Shown: one piece after another, positions 1-12,245 of the stretch | Position numbering within the stretch: the stretch's first letter is position 1 | Layout: every line of letters starts with the position of its first letter | Assembly (NCBI GenBank): GCA_013265495.1 | Contig: MU057801.1 | Location: 1,853,879-1,917,878 of the forward strand | Direction: 5' to 3' | Length of the DNA stretch: 64,000 bases | DNA from: Vicugna vicugna | Taxonomy: Eukaryota | Position numbers and translations under genes: made by a program | The notes under the pieces: generated by a model | Database searches by the model: none | What the model was told of the DNA's origin: nothing | The model's input: the letters and a program-made list of their open reading frames with translations, nothing else

Positions 1-3000
1 CAACGGACTCTTCTGTCAGCGAGGGCGCAGCTCTGCCCTGCCTTCTCCTGTGTGCTTTGGCACTTTCGGCATGGCTGTAAAATTTATCCAGGGAAAACTG
101 GCATTTATCTTGGGCTCACTCACAGCCGGCAAAACTGATAAACAGATGGGGGTCGGCTAGGCCACGGTCAATTTGGTCAGCACCTCACAGAATACAAATG
201 TCACCCTTTATTCCTGCTGGGCTGATTTACTGCTGGTGGGAAGTTACCGGTCTGTTATGTTCCAACAGATCATCGCACCGTTTAAAGGATCCAGTCCCGT
301 TTCCGTGAGGTTCTATCCATCACACAGTGCTGTGTCGGGGGCGGGGTGTGGAAAGGGGACTTCTGGCACCAGTGGCCATAAAGGACCAAAATAGCCCTGC
401 TGGGCCTGCGTGTGCACACAGGACACTTATCTGTGAGGTCATGGAGGGGAAAAAGAGAGAAGGGAAGAAAGAGACCCGCCAGCTCTGATGCAGGGGGATC
501 AAAATTCAGCCCAAACGTCCCACCCGGCGGCTCGGAGCTTCTCCTTTTGTGTCCCGGCTAAAGGCACTGGGAGGATCAGAGCCCTCAGCCGCTCTGTTTA
601 CTTTGGGAACAATGTCTGGTGTATGAATACTGATGCCTCTGACCACGGCTAATTGAATTGCAGCGGGCGGGCGGTGGGAGGCAGCGAGGGGCTCTGCCGG
701 CCAGCCCTTCACCGCGGCAGCTTCTCGAGGAGCCTCGGACAGTGATGGATGCTCCCGTGTCCCCGAGAGCCCCCTCGAACACCTAAGAGGCAGCTATGAA
801 CCTGCATCCTGAATTTCTATTAACCAGGCCTCCTGGAGAGGCGGCGGATGTCAGGGGTCAGGCGCTGGGCGGTTGAAAGGGAGGGGAGGCAGTCCTCTCC
901 CCAGGCTCCCCTCCTCACCTGACTTAGGTGAGCCCTGGGCAAGGGGGTGGACCAGGAAATCTCTGTCTGGTGCCCGCGCAGGCCGAGGGGGGCTGCCTCT
1001 GCTGAGGCCGGGCCCATGGAAAGTCCGGGGCTTGTCTGGGAGCAGTGAGAGCCCCTTCTTGGAAAACAAAAAAGGCAAGCCCACCAAAGGCCTGGCCCAG
1101 AGAAGGCCGTTTTGAGGCTGGCACAGGAGGTGAAGGGGAGGCAGGAGAAGTCAGACTCTGACGCTTCCCCGTCCTAACAAAGGATCACACGCGGACCCTC
1201 GGGTGTGGCCGTCCTGGGCGCCTGCCTGTGCTGTGTTTACACAGCAGAACCGCGCAGCTGGGCCCCGGGGCTCAGTGGGACTCTGTCCTCCCAGCGAGGA
1301 GCTGACCCCTGCTGCACCGCCATCGGGGACGCACACACCACCCACCTGCCCGGAGGTCTGGACGCCGCGGGGGCCACCCGGTCCCAGGGCCACTGGCCTC
1401 CCTGCTGGGGGCACTGGGTCTGGGTCCGGCCCCAGGCTGGCCCCTCTCCTGAGAGCTGCCTCCCCGGCCATCCCCGGAGGCAGAGGCCGGCACCCGGCTC
1501 CGTCCAGGCGCAGGGGCTGCTTCCTGGTGGAGCTCGGCCCGAGACCACGGCTGCCTGGTATCCAGAAAGCCTGGACTCTAAATTCACCCCCAGCGCTTTT
1601 GCAGTAATTCCTCACCAGCTTATTACGCTTTAAAAACATAGCCGTAAGCGTCACCATCAGCAGGGATTTTCCTGCCCCCAGGCATCCCAGCTCCGTTCCC
1701 CCGTTCACCCAGGTGACAGCCTCTGCCCGCTCTGAGCTTCGCAGAAATGAGGAGGCCTTGTTCTTATGAAGAGATAGTTTTTGAGACTTCTAAAACGATT
1801 GTTTTGCGTCCCTGTTTGTCCGTTATCTGTCTACCTACGTATCTGTCTCTGTGCGTGTGTGTGTGTGTCTATCCATCTGACTGTCCATCTCGGAGAATAA
1901 AGTCAGCCCCGAGGGGAAGGCAGGTGCTCAGGGAGGAGCAGCGGACAGGATGCTGGTGCATGACGCCTGACGTCTGTGGGCAATTCTGAATCTGCGCAGA
2001 AAAGCCCTGTTTCCACATGTGCTGCTCCCTAACCCACGTGACCGAACAGACCAGAAGACATGTGAGGAAGAGGGCGATGTTCCCTCGCTTGCACCAAACG
2101 TGACACATCTTCAGTCCCTGTCATCCGGGCTGTTTCGGGTTGCAGCCCCGGTTCCCCAGCCCCAGCCCAACGCCGTGAGCAAACGGCACGACCACCCCGG
2201 CGCGGGCCGTCCCGGGGTTAAGATATTCCACCGAGAGCCCCTTGGCGCTTCCTCGCTGATGTTCACAGCCACTGTTCTTGCGCTCTGAATACCAAACAAA
2301 GGGGGCAGCGCTGGCTTAGCGGCTGCCCAAGTGAGGGGTGAGTGGGCGGACGTAGTCACCCCCGCAACTCGGATTTAGGAAAGAGCCATTCCAGACCTTT
2401 GCCCGGAAGCCAGCTTGTTCCCTCTGTGAGGAAGCAGCAGACTTGATGATGAAAGACAGCAGAAACTTGTCTAATTTCTGGAAAAACTGCAGAAGACGGC
2501 CTGTCTGGCCCGAGACTGTCCCAGCCCTGGTCACCCCGCCCCCTTTGGCTCCAAGGCCTGGAGGCAAGTTGTGCCTTTTGACTGAGGGTCTTGATTGAGA
2601 CCCCCACCCAGAATCTTCCTCCCCCAACACCGCCCTGTTACGGCATCACACTCTGGCCAGGTACCCCCCGCCTCCTCTACCCTATGAAAGGCAGCTCGAA
2701 GGCCTATTTAAGGGGAAGATGACCCAGGCAGAGGAGGGCTGCGGGGGAGACAGTGGGGTTTCCGAGACAAGAGAGGAGAGTGATTCGGAGAAGGTGTGCT
2801 CCGTCACTGCACGGTGTCGCCGAGATCTGCACCTGCCAAGGCAGAGCTTCCCGCACCATGAACGGCCTGGCAGGTGGAAACTAGTTACAAACGGGAGATT
2901 CCTTTTCTGTGAAAGTCAACCTGCACGAGCTAGCTGGGGCTACAGGGAAGTAACGAGGCTTTAATCTGAATACGCTTCCTTCACACCGTGCTCTGAGCAC

Positions 3001-4120
3001 TTCCAGTGTCCCCAGAGCACTTGCATCCTCCTGGTCACCGAGGAGAAGACATGACTGTCATCCCCACTCAGGGACCACAGGACCCCCACGCTCATGTCTA
3101 ACGGGGACGTTCTTCACCGGGACCCCCGGATGGGCGTTTGGGGTGTTTGAAAACATCCAGGGCTCAGACTTGGAGGACGCTCACGACAGAGGGCTCGTGG
3201 TGACCGGCGGAATTGGAACCGGGCGGGTCACCAGACGCACGGGTCACCAAACGCCTGGGGGTCCCTGGAAGGCCTCGGGCTCCCAGGTGTTGTAACAAAG
3301 GCAAGACTCAGGCCTCCAGGTGACAAGTCACCTTCCTCTGTTCCATCCAGGGACTGCTCTTCCAGGCCCTCAGGCACAGTTAGCCGGCATGGGGGAGCAA
3401 TGCAACCTTCTCGAGGCTTCAACTACTGAGACGTAAGAGGCAGGTCCTTCGCTGAGTAATCTACTTCTGTGCGTCTGCTCAATACAAAAACATACGCTTT
3501 TGCAAAGTCTCGTTCAGGGCCGTTCATTGCGGCTTTCTCTGGAACAGCCACAGCAGAGGTGGGCTTCCAGCCAGGACCAGGTGTCCGCTAAAAGCAGAAA
3601 GACGCATGTGTGGCAGCTAAAGTGGGAAACCACTCTAGGTGTCTCATTAAGTGCCTAAAGAGCTATATAGACAGAAACACCCCCATTTTATAAGATGATT
3701 GTTTTATGAAATAACAATCACACAGGGATGTGGTAGAAACCTTTATGGAAGCAAACACTCGAATCAGCTAGGAGTGGTCACCTCACCTCTGGGGCTGAGG
3801 TCAGAGAGGAGCCCACTGTCCACGTTAAGTCGACCTGAATCTTTAAAGGTTCTTTAAACCTTTATTTCTTAATGGATATGTGAATTTTAACAGAGAAGAA
3901 GATATTCAAAAGTTACTGTTTTTCTCAAAAAATACCCAGTGCTCACACCGCCAGCGAGCAATCAGATTTTAAAGCATCTGCACTGTGACGCCATCTAAGC
4001 TAGTTTCTCACTGGAATTTTTTTATGACTCAAGAGGTAATTACATTCGTTACTGCTTCCTCTCACACCTGTTCCTAAGCCTCCTTTCCCTGCCGCACTGA
4101 CGCCCGAAATTGCTTTAATA

Positions 4121-4555
4121 AAGTCGGTCCGCAGAACTCACGGAGTCCATGTTTGTGTGTTGGCCAGTTCTCGTGCTGTAAACAAGGGTCCTTTTAGTGT
4201 CGTGTTGGTGGCATCTGGGAATTTTGCTGGTGACCCCCCTGTTTTAAATGACCCCGAGCCCCCCACTGAATTGCCACCTCGTGTCCCTAGGAGCTGTGAT
4301 GCACCTTGTGGAGAAACGTGGGTCAGCGAGCTGCCTCGGCGCTGTTGGCTGTGAGTTCCCTGTTAATGAGTCAACAACGCACATAGAATTAGGTGTCTTC
4401 TCGCTTAAGTAAACAGAGCTCTGGATGGATTTTGTTGGAAATACTGTGACCGCAGGCTGGTAGGAACCGACCCCTGATTCCCCGGGAGCGGAGGTTCAGC
4501 GCTTGCCGAGACTCCAGAGCACAGCGAGGCCGCCAGGAGTGCCGAGCGGGCTCCG
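4121..4555 (+). mobile_element. MER82-like (TcMar-Tigger) non-autonomous DNA transposon, internally deleted
   Basis: Starts TA|aagtcggtccgcagaactcacggagtccatgtttg, like the MER82 5' end. Internal blocks tgtaaacaagggtcctttt, gctgtgatgcaccttgtggagaaa, gctgttggctgtgagttccctgttaatgagtcaacaa and tgtgaccgcaggctggtaggaacc match the recalled consensus. Confidence 0.75.
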
Positions 4556-5340
4556 TCTGGACGGCGTGCTCACCCGCCACCCCCTGGGACTCGCACCCCG
4601 GGGCCGGCGAGTCGGGGCTCCGCCCAGTAGCCGGCCTCGGGTGAGGGCGCAGGTGCCCGGGACACGGGGGCGGCTCAGGGCGCTCAGGGACCCAGCCCGT
4701 CCCCGCCCTCGGAGGGCCCGTCTGCAGTCCAGCCACGCCCACGTCCAGCCTCTGGGCAGGGCTCCCGGGGGGAGGCGGACGGGGTGCCAGGACGGACTCC
4801 GGGGGCGAGGGAGCCCCTGGAACGCCGCTGGGGCTCCCCTGAGTGCTGTCCCGGGGAGCACAGGGGTGGCAGTCCCTGTAAGGCCGGGTCCGGCGCGCTT
4901 CCCGGGGAGGAGGTGGGAGAGCTCGCTGATCACAGAACAGAGGAGGCCGTGAGTGCCCGCACTGGAGCATTTGCTCTCGGATTTGTTCTCCGGGTAACTT
5001 GGCAGCCAGCCTTCCCCACAACAAGCTTTGCAGGGGGCCGCGAGTGTTAGAGGGAGCAAGCTCCACCTGGAGAACTGAGGCGTCTCTCGGGCCAAACTAA
5101 AGCCACTGTGGCCTTGGCAGCTTGTCCCCTCATCCCCTGTGCAACACACTGGATGCTGTGAAATAAAATTACGATGGCCAAAGTCATCTCCCAAAGGGCC
5201 AAGAGCTGTGTGGCAGCTGCACCGGAGACAGCCCTGGGTTACCAGGAAGCAGCGCGGGCGGGGCCGCCGGGCTCACGGGCGTCCCTCCCACACCCTGCTG
5301 CCAGGGCGCTTGCTCGCACCTGCAGCAACAGGAGCACATG

Positions 5341-5995
5341 CCGGTGGCCTTCCGTGTCGGCAGGTTCCGCGTCCCTGGGTTCATAAGAAACATTAAAAAA
5401 ACACAGATTCTATCTACAAACCAAAAACGAGACTCACAGACATAGAAAACAAACTACGGTTACCAAAGGGGATAGACCAGAGGGGGATAAATTAGGGGCT
5501 GGGGTTAGCAGATACACACTGCTCTATTTATCTGGATAAATCACAAGGACCTACTGTACAGCACAGAGAACTATACTCAGTATCTTGTAATAACATACAA
5601 CGGAAAAGAATCTGAAAAGGAAAGCATACATATGTATGTACATGTATAACCGAATCCCCTTGCTGTGCCCCGAAACTAGCATTGTAAGTCAACTACACGT
5701 CAATAAAACTCTTTTTAAAAGAAGAAATACTCTGAAAAGAAAATCTGCACGGCTTCAAAATGGAAGCTTGAATTTGCCTTACATGGGCAAGTTTGTAGCA
5801 TTTACATTGTGTTCAGAGCTATTTACATGGTATTAGGTACTAGAGACAATCTAGAGATGATTTAAAGGTTAGGGAGGGCGTGTGCCAGCTGTATGCAAAC
5901 ATACACCAGCTCACACAAGGGGCCTGAACATACAAGGATTTCCGTACCCACGGGAGTCCTGGAGTCAATGCCCTTTGGGTACCAGGGGACAAGTG
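5341..5995. mobile_element. MER2/Tigger3-type DNA transposon, split by an L1 insertion (left arm ~5341-5384, right arm ~5722-5995)
   Basis: Right arm has tagcatttacattgt...ggtattaggtactagagacaatctagagatgatttaaag...tatgcaaacatac...ggagtcctggagtcaatgccctttgggtaccaggggacaagtg. Left arm ggccttccgtgtcggcaggttccgcgtccctgggttca resembles the opposite terminus. Confidence 0.75.
5394..5720 (+). mobile_element. LINE-1 3' UTR fragment (cetartiodactyl-type), 5'-truncated
   Basis: gactcacagacatagaaaacaaactacggttaccaaagggg...acaaggacctactgtacagcacagagaactatactcagtatcttgtaataac...aagtcaactacac, with AATAAA at 5702. Clearly homologous to 27060-27372 in this window. Confidence 0.9.
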
Positions 5996-5999
5996 CATA

Positions 6000-7430
6000 T
6001 TAATTATATGCAATTTATGCAAATTTACATGGTATTGCTATCATTCACATATTTAACATCAAAGAGCCCAATCTTTGCTAATTGCTTTTTTCCTAAAAAA
6101 GAAAAAAAAGCCTCACAAACTCTGTTTCTAAGTGAAAATGCAAATTACAGTTCCCATTTTTGATTAATATTTTCCTCCCTCCACTATTTGCAAAATAAAC
6201 AAAATATTTGAAGACTTTGAGGACGATGGAGACGCTGAATTGTAGCGCCCTCTCCCGTCTTGGAGTCCCTCACAGGCGTGGGTTTCTGGCAGCGCCCTCC
6301 CCCCTGCGCTGTCCCTGGAAAGCCAGTGACCCCCGCACGTGGGAGGTTCCCACGGAGACTCCCTGCCTGGCCGCGCTGGGTACTTGCATCACGCAGTTAC
6401 TTCCTCGATTGGCAGAAGGTACATTTGGCTTAATGAGTTCCTTGGGTTTTTCTCTTCTGATTTTTCCCGAAATTTATCAATTTTCCTGGCATAGAAATAG
6501 AAGAAAAACACATACCCTGCTCTGCAGGGGAAGGACCTGAGCCAGGGTTGGCACCAAAGAGCAGCTCTGATGCCCTGACGCTTTTTCCTTCCTTTCTGAT
6601 GTTCTAATTTCTTCAAAACTTGATTCAACAATTGAATCATTTTCTTTCATTTTCCCCCTTTAGTAGCTTTCATTTTTTTCTGGCTCTAATAATTTTTAAA
6701 TGATTTTTTTCATTCTTGGGATAAACTTTATAATCACTTAACATGTTGTCTTGGCATTTTTAACCTTTTGAAATAATTGCTAAGCTTGCATTTCATGAAA
6801 TTTCAATATCAGTTTTTTTTGACTGAATAAGTTTTCCATAATAACATATAAAATTTTGTAATACTTTACTGTAATACTTGCTTTATGGATTATTAATAAT
6901 AAGTATTATTAATAAATAATTAATAATAAATAATATTAGTTCTTACATGATTTATGTTGCAATGGAGGTAATTCAGTTTAAACTGGGGGCCTGCCAATTT
7001 CATCTTGGCACTTTAAAAAACAACAGCTATGAATGTCAGTAAGAAACTGAATGTCATGTTGACCCTATGCTGTTAACAAAAATTATTTTTTTTTAACTTT
7101 CCTTGCAAAGGTCCTCACCAATGAGTTCACTACTCATAGAATCCTTACTTAAAAGTACAGGTTATTCCAGGTGCTAGATTGTCACTATCATTCAATTATG
7201 CTAATTCCTAAAGTTCAAAAGAAGAGTTACTTTCCTTCCATTGTCAGAAATGTTGTTACTATTCTAACTTTATTAGACCACGACGTCTTATTGCCTTCTG
7301 CTGGAAAATTCTCATAACAAATACATCACTCCTGGGAGTCAAAGATGTTATGATAAAAACAGAGAAAAATGTCCCAGTGACAAGATGTCAGTGACGTGAA
7401 TGGTGTCCCGTGGACAGGATGTCTGGTTAA
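6000..7430. mobile_element. AT-rich island, possibly a highly decayed hAT (Blackjack-like) DNA transposon remnant
   Basis: Abrupt AT-rich block in GC-rich surroundings. The right end gtcccgtggacaggatgtctggtt loosely resembles Blackjack/MER81-type termini. Similarity is weak and from memory only. Confidence 0.3.
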
Positions 7431-7788
7431 GGTCATGGTTTCACGTGACACAGGGAAAATGGCGGTCCCTGAATAGCACTAATATTGTCACTGATCAAAT
7501 TGTGACAGAGCGTTGTTTACTCACATGTAAAATGTGGCAACATTGACTAGACTGCAGGGCACAGAATAAACACTCAATGAAGGTGAGTTTCTTGTTTTAC
7601 TCTTCATTCAAGAGGGGAAAACCCCTTCTAAGTTTGCGAAATGGCAAAAGTTTTAAAAAGAGGGTTTCTTATAGAGAATAACACTCATCTGACGTGTCCT
7701 AATACGTGGGTTGACAGCCAGTCATTAATGAGCAAAATCTGAGTTTCATTCATTTTTTTTCATTCATTTAAAAACACCAGCATTTGCC

Positions 7789-8210
7789 ACCCAAGTCTCC
7801 ATCGCTGGATGAAGGGATGAACAAAGTGTGGTCCATAAATACAATGGACTATTACTCAGCCTTAGAAAGGAAGAAGATCCTGATACACCCTGTAAAATGG
7901 ATGAACCTTGAGGACATTATGTTGAGTGAGAGGACCCAGACATGAAAGGACAAATACTGTGTGATTCCACTTACGTGAGGGCCCCGCATTGATGGAACTC
8001 ACCACAGAAGCACAGAATGAGCGCTGGTTGCCGGGAGCTGGGCTGGATGGGGGTGGGGAGCTGCAGGTTAACGGGTACCAAGTGCCAGACGGGAAATTCT
8101 GCAGATGGATTTGCAACAATGTCCCTGCACTAATACTGCTGAACTGTACACTGAAAAAAATGGTTAAGATGGTAAATTCTGGGCTATGTATTGCATCACA
8201 ATTTTAAAAA
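7789..8210 (+). mobile_element. L1MB-like LINE-1 3' end
   Basis: atacaatggactattactcagccttagaaaggaagaagatcctgatacac...atggatgaaccttgaggacattatgttgagtga...aaaggacaaatactgtgtgattccactta...ctgaactgtacactgaaaaaaatggttaagatggtaaatt. Confidence 0.9.
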
Positions 8211-11200
8211 ATTTTTCAGGTGAAACTTACAGAATCTGCCCAAGATGTTATTAATAAAATGAGAAGGGCCGTGAGGCAGCACACAGTTGGAAGCAGGCAC
8301 TGAAGATAAATAAGACACATTCTAAACAATGTTTCTTAAAGACACAAAAAACAAAAACAAGCATCTACTGGGCACCCGCTGTGCACTAGACCCGGAGGAC
8401 ACAGCCCGCTGCCAGGCAGGTGAGGCGTGTGTGCCGGAGCATCAGATGTGGAAGGACATGGCGACGACCACCACGTGAGCATCAGGGGGTTGAAAGCAGG
8501 AGGGTTTCCCAGGCCCTGCTTGAAGGCCGATCGGTGATTCCTCCCCACTGGCCCCGCCTCACCCGAGGGCCTCTCTCTTCCCACAGCACCATCTTAGTGT
8601 GGAGTTTACAGGCGGTCAGGCTGGGAGAGAGCTGGCCGGTGTCCACATGTGCAGTGTGGCCCTTCACGGGGCGGGTGAGGCTGGGCAGGAGGGGAGTCGT
8701 TCGCCGCCCCCCCCAGGCCCTGGCTGGGGCCCCTCCTGCTGGCTCCAGCCGTGCCCTGCTGCCCGCTCATCTCCACATTCACATGCCCTCATCATCCCTC
8801 AGCCTGGAGAAGTTTATTTTTAGAGACTTTTCTGAACAGGCATGGAGTTTATGGGATGATTTAAATTGAGCAGATGACACCGATGATTCTGTTTCTCACA
8901 GGGTGGGCATAAAAATGTCATTGCTTATGGATTTCAAGAGCAACGGAATATGGGGAGGTTATTTTTTGCCTGGCATTCTTCAAACATAAAAATTAGTCTA
9001 AAGGGGGAAATCCACGTTATTACTGCCATTCCCGCAGTTCTGGGTGTTGACACTGGCCTGACTTCAGGGACGCCTCCAAGTCACTTTGCCTGAGGTCCTT
9101 CCTTCTGGGGCCCTGGAAGCCGCTCTACCTGCGTGCACAGCACGCCGGCCTTCCTGGGACCGGATGCCTCCGGGAGCAGCCCTCAGCCAGCGATGGATGG
9201 GAGTCGGTGGGTACATACCCCGGCTCCCTCACCCGGGAGGAGGCAGTGGGTAACTCGGAGGCACGTGCTCCGTCCTGTCCCCAGAGTCCCCAGTGGCCCG
9301 AGGCTCTGGTGGCCCACAGCAGTGATCTACCTGCCAACCCTGCCTGCTCTGCCTGCCTTTTCCCCCCACTCAGCTCAGGGCTCCCTGGAGCCACCTCCCC
9401 AAGGAGCTGGCCTGGAATTCTCATTCAGGACATTCTCTCCTCAATCAGACTCAGATACCCTCAGCCATCACTCTCCTTGCGGCTTGTAAATGTCTCCTGT
9501 TTAAAGCAGAAGCAACCAAACGTGGTGGGTGCGCACAGACACAGAGACGGGGAGCACCTCGGCTCTCTAACTTTCCGGCATCCTTCGTCTAAATATCCAG
9601 CCCAAATCCCAGGGTCTCCTTATTTGACTGGTTCACTCGACCCACGTATAGACACTGAAATCTCTGCCAGCCCGGTCTGCATGGCAATTTCAGGGCTGTG
9701 TACACTCCATAACTTAACTCCCCTGTAAAATTTCCACAGGGAAATCAGCGTTGGCCTGTATATTTGTTTGTTTTTGAGGTCGTGTGGGCTCTGTGTTTAT
9801 CAACGCTGTGGAGCTTGCATATATATTGCAGATAAGGACAAATCAGGACCCTGCTCAGAATGCCTTCTCTTTAGACGCTTTCTTATTTCTTAATATTTCC
9901 ATGATTGGGAGGGAAGCAGAGGAGAGAGAAGGGGGCATATGTTATTTAAACTCTCTCAGCACATATTTTTTGCCCTTAAGAGGAAGCTGACTATTACATA
10001 AGAAGAACAGTATGAGCTCTTACCTTAGACGAGAAGGAAGTGCTCTTGCCCTTTATTTCAAACCAAAGCCACGGGATGGAGCAGCAGCGAGAGGAGACGG
10101 GGCTGGCTGCACACGTGAAACGGAGGGAGGGACCCCCGAGACGTCAGGCTATGCAGCAGCCTCCAGGATCCGCGCTCGAGTGGCCGGGCGCATGTCCCAG
10201 ACGAGGGAAGGAGAGAGGGGTCGAGTCTCCCAGGTTTCGATTCAGTAAGTTCATACCGAGCATCCGCCCTGAGCTGGATCCTGGGCCAGTGGAAAGGAAA
10301 GAAGATGATTAGGACATTACGTTTTTGCTCAGGAAACACAACGGGGAAAATAAATCTAACAGATGTGCAGGTAAATGCGGAAAAATGGGTGGGATGAGTG
10401 AAGAGAAGGGAAGAGAAGTGCAGGGAGACACATGCCCTGCGAAGGGAGCAGAACTAGAGGTGGAACCCACCCGGAGAGACTGGGAGAGGGCTCTAGGCCG
10501 TCTGCAGAGACGGTTTTGGGGGATGAAGGGAGCTGGCAAAGGGGAGAGGCTGGGAAGGGTGTCCAGGCTGAGGGTACAGCGCACGCAGAAGACGGGACGT
10601 GGAGGAACTGTGTGCAGGTGATGAGAAGCCACGCCCTCCAGCACCCGGCTCCTGCCCCCAGACCTGAAAAGGACAGAGAGAGAGAGGTTTTGGAAAATCC
10701 ATAGCAGTGCTGGGAAACAAGAGGTGAGTCTCAGTGGGTCTGGGATTTTGAGGAATCCTAGTAAGATGGGAGACCAGATGAAGGGGGGTGCCGCCCCAAG
10801 TGAAGGCAGAAAGGGGGTCAGCAAAACAGAGACTGAGCTCTTTTTAGGGCTCCAAGCTCTGAGGCAGCGGGTGGAGGGGGAGTCCCGGGCCGCCCTGGGT
10901 GGCTACTTGGGAAACCGAGTCAGAGCTGCCCACCCTCGTGGTCCAGGCTGTCACGGCAGCCCAAGCGGCCCGCAACGGAGTGGGTGGGTGGGGGTGGCTG
11001 AAGTCAGGGCATGGTTTGGCGGCAGGCTGGCCCACACGTCCTGCCCAGCGGGAAAGGGGGCGGGCAGGGGCATCATCCAAACGCGGGTTAACGGGGAATT
11101 TCAGCTGTGAGGGAAACACATAGCCGAGAATCATCTAACATTTAAAGAGAAGTCGCAGTCTGTGTGCAGCCCCTGTAGAAAGACTTCCAGGGAAACACGC

Positions 11201-12132
11201 TGGCCCTACAGCACGTGTGTGCCATTGAAAACAGACCTCTCAATGGTGGAGCTCAGGGAAGAAACTTACGGGGACCTGGGGACTGGCTTTGGTCAGGGGT
11301 CGGCCTGGACAGGGCGTGCAGACCAGGTGAGCGGCAGAGCCCGAGGAGGCGTCCGCCGCAGGCGGGTCCCAGGGGTGCTGTGGGGATGAGCCGGCATCTG
11401 GGGCCAAGTGCGTGCGTCTTGGGGGTCACGGTGGGTTCCGTCTCCTTTCTCACAAGAGAGACACCGAATTCAGCAGAAAGTATCTTGGAACTAAAACCTG
11501 GTTCATTTACGTGAAATAAAATGCAAAGCCCCACAGCACCAGCGAGGAGATCACCCCCGAGACACAGGCCGCGCTGCGAGGGGGGGACCCGACGGACCGC
11601 GGAAGCCAGGAGCCAGCGCCTCCGCAGCGGGCCCGGGCCGAGCAGAGGGTCACAGCCCAAACTCACAAGCAAGAGTGAGGGGAGACAGACAGACACACAG
11701 ACGGCATTGGAAGAATGTTTAAATGTGGAAAGTGGATCTAAAAAGCGCAAATTAACCCCTTTAAGGAGAAGATGCAAAAGAGAATCGATGGTGCGGAAGG
11801 CACAAGGCAGCTCAAGAAATGGTGCAAGTTTGTCCAGAGCTTGAAAGAGACACGCACAGGACGATGTTTCAGAGCCCCACGGGCAGGCCGCACAGGAGCG
11901 AGAGCGGAGGGCTCGGGGGCCCCGACGCCCCCTAGGACAGAAGCCCGCCTCCCCGCAGCCGGAGGCGGAGCTGCAGACCTCCCGGCCATCGCGCGGAGCC
12001 ACAGCTCTGCAGCCGCCGGCGCTGTGACTCCAGGGCTGGGCAGCGACCCACGAGTCAGCGAGAAAAGGGGGGAAACATAAGGGAAAAATGGGCTTACTGT
12101 TTAAAAATGAATAATCCAGAACCAAAACCCTC

Positions 12133-12245
12133 CAGAGCTCTGTCCAGTAGAAACATAATAGAAAACTATTATGGGCCACATCTGTAACTTAATTTTCTAG
12201 GAGTCACGTTTAGAAAGGGGGAAAAAAAGTTGAATGAATTTATTG
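12133..12245 (+). mobile_element. MER33-like hAT-Charlie fragment (one end)
   Basis: ctgtccagtagaaacataat...gccacatctgtaacttaattttctaggagtcacgtttagaaag matches the recalled MER33 start. Confidence 0.65.

Noticed and set aside
11253..12179. 308-aa minus ORF and 107-aa plus ORF with an NLS-like KKRK
   Set aside because: No recognisable family or exon structure; basic residues and long frames are expected by chance in this composition.
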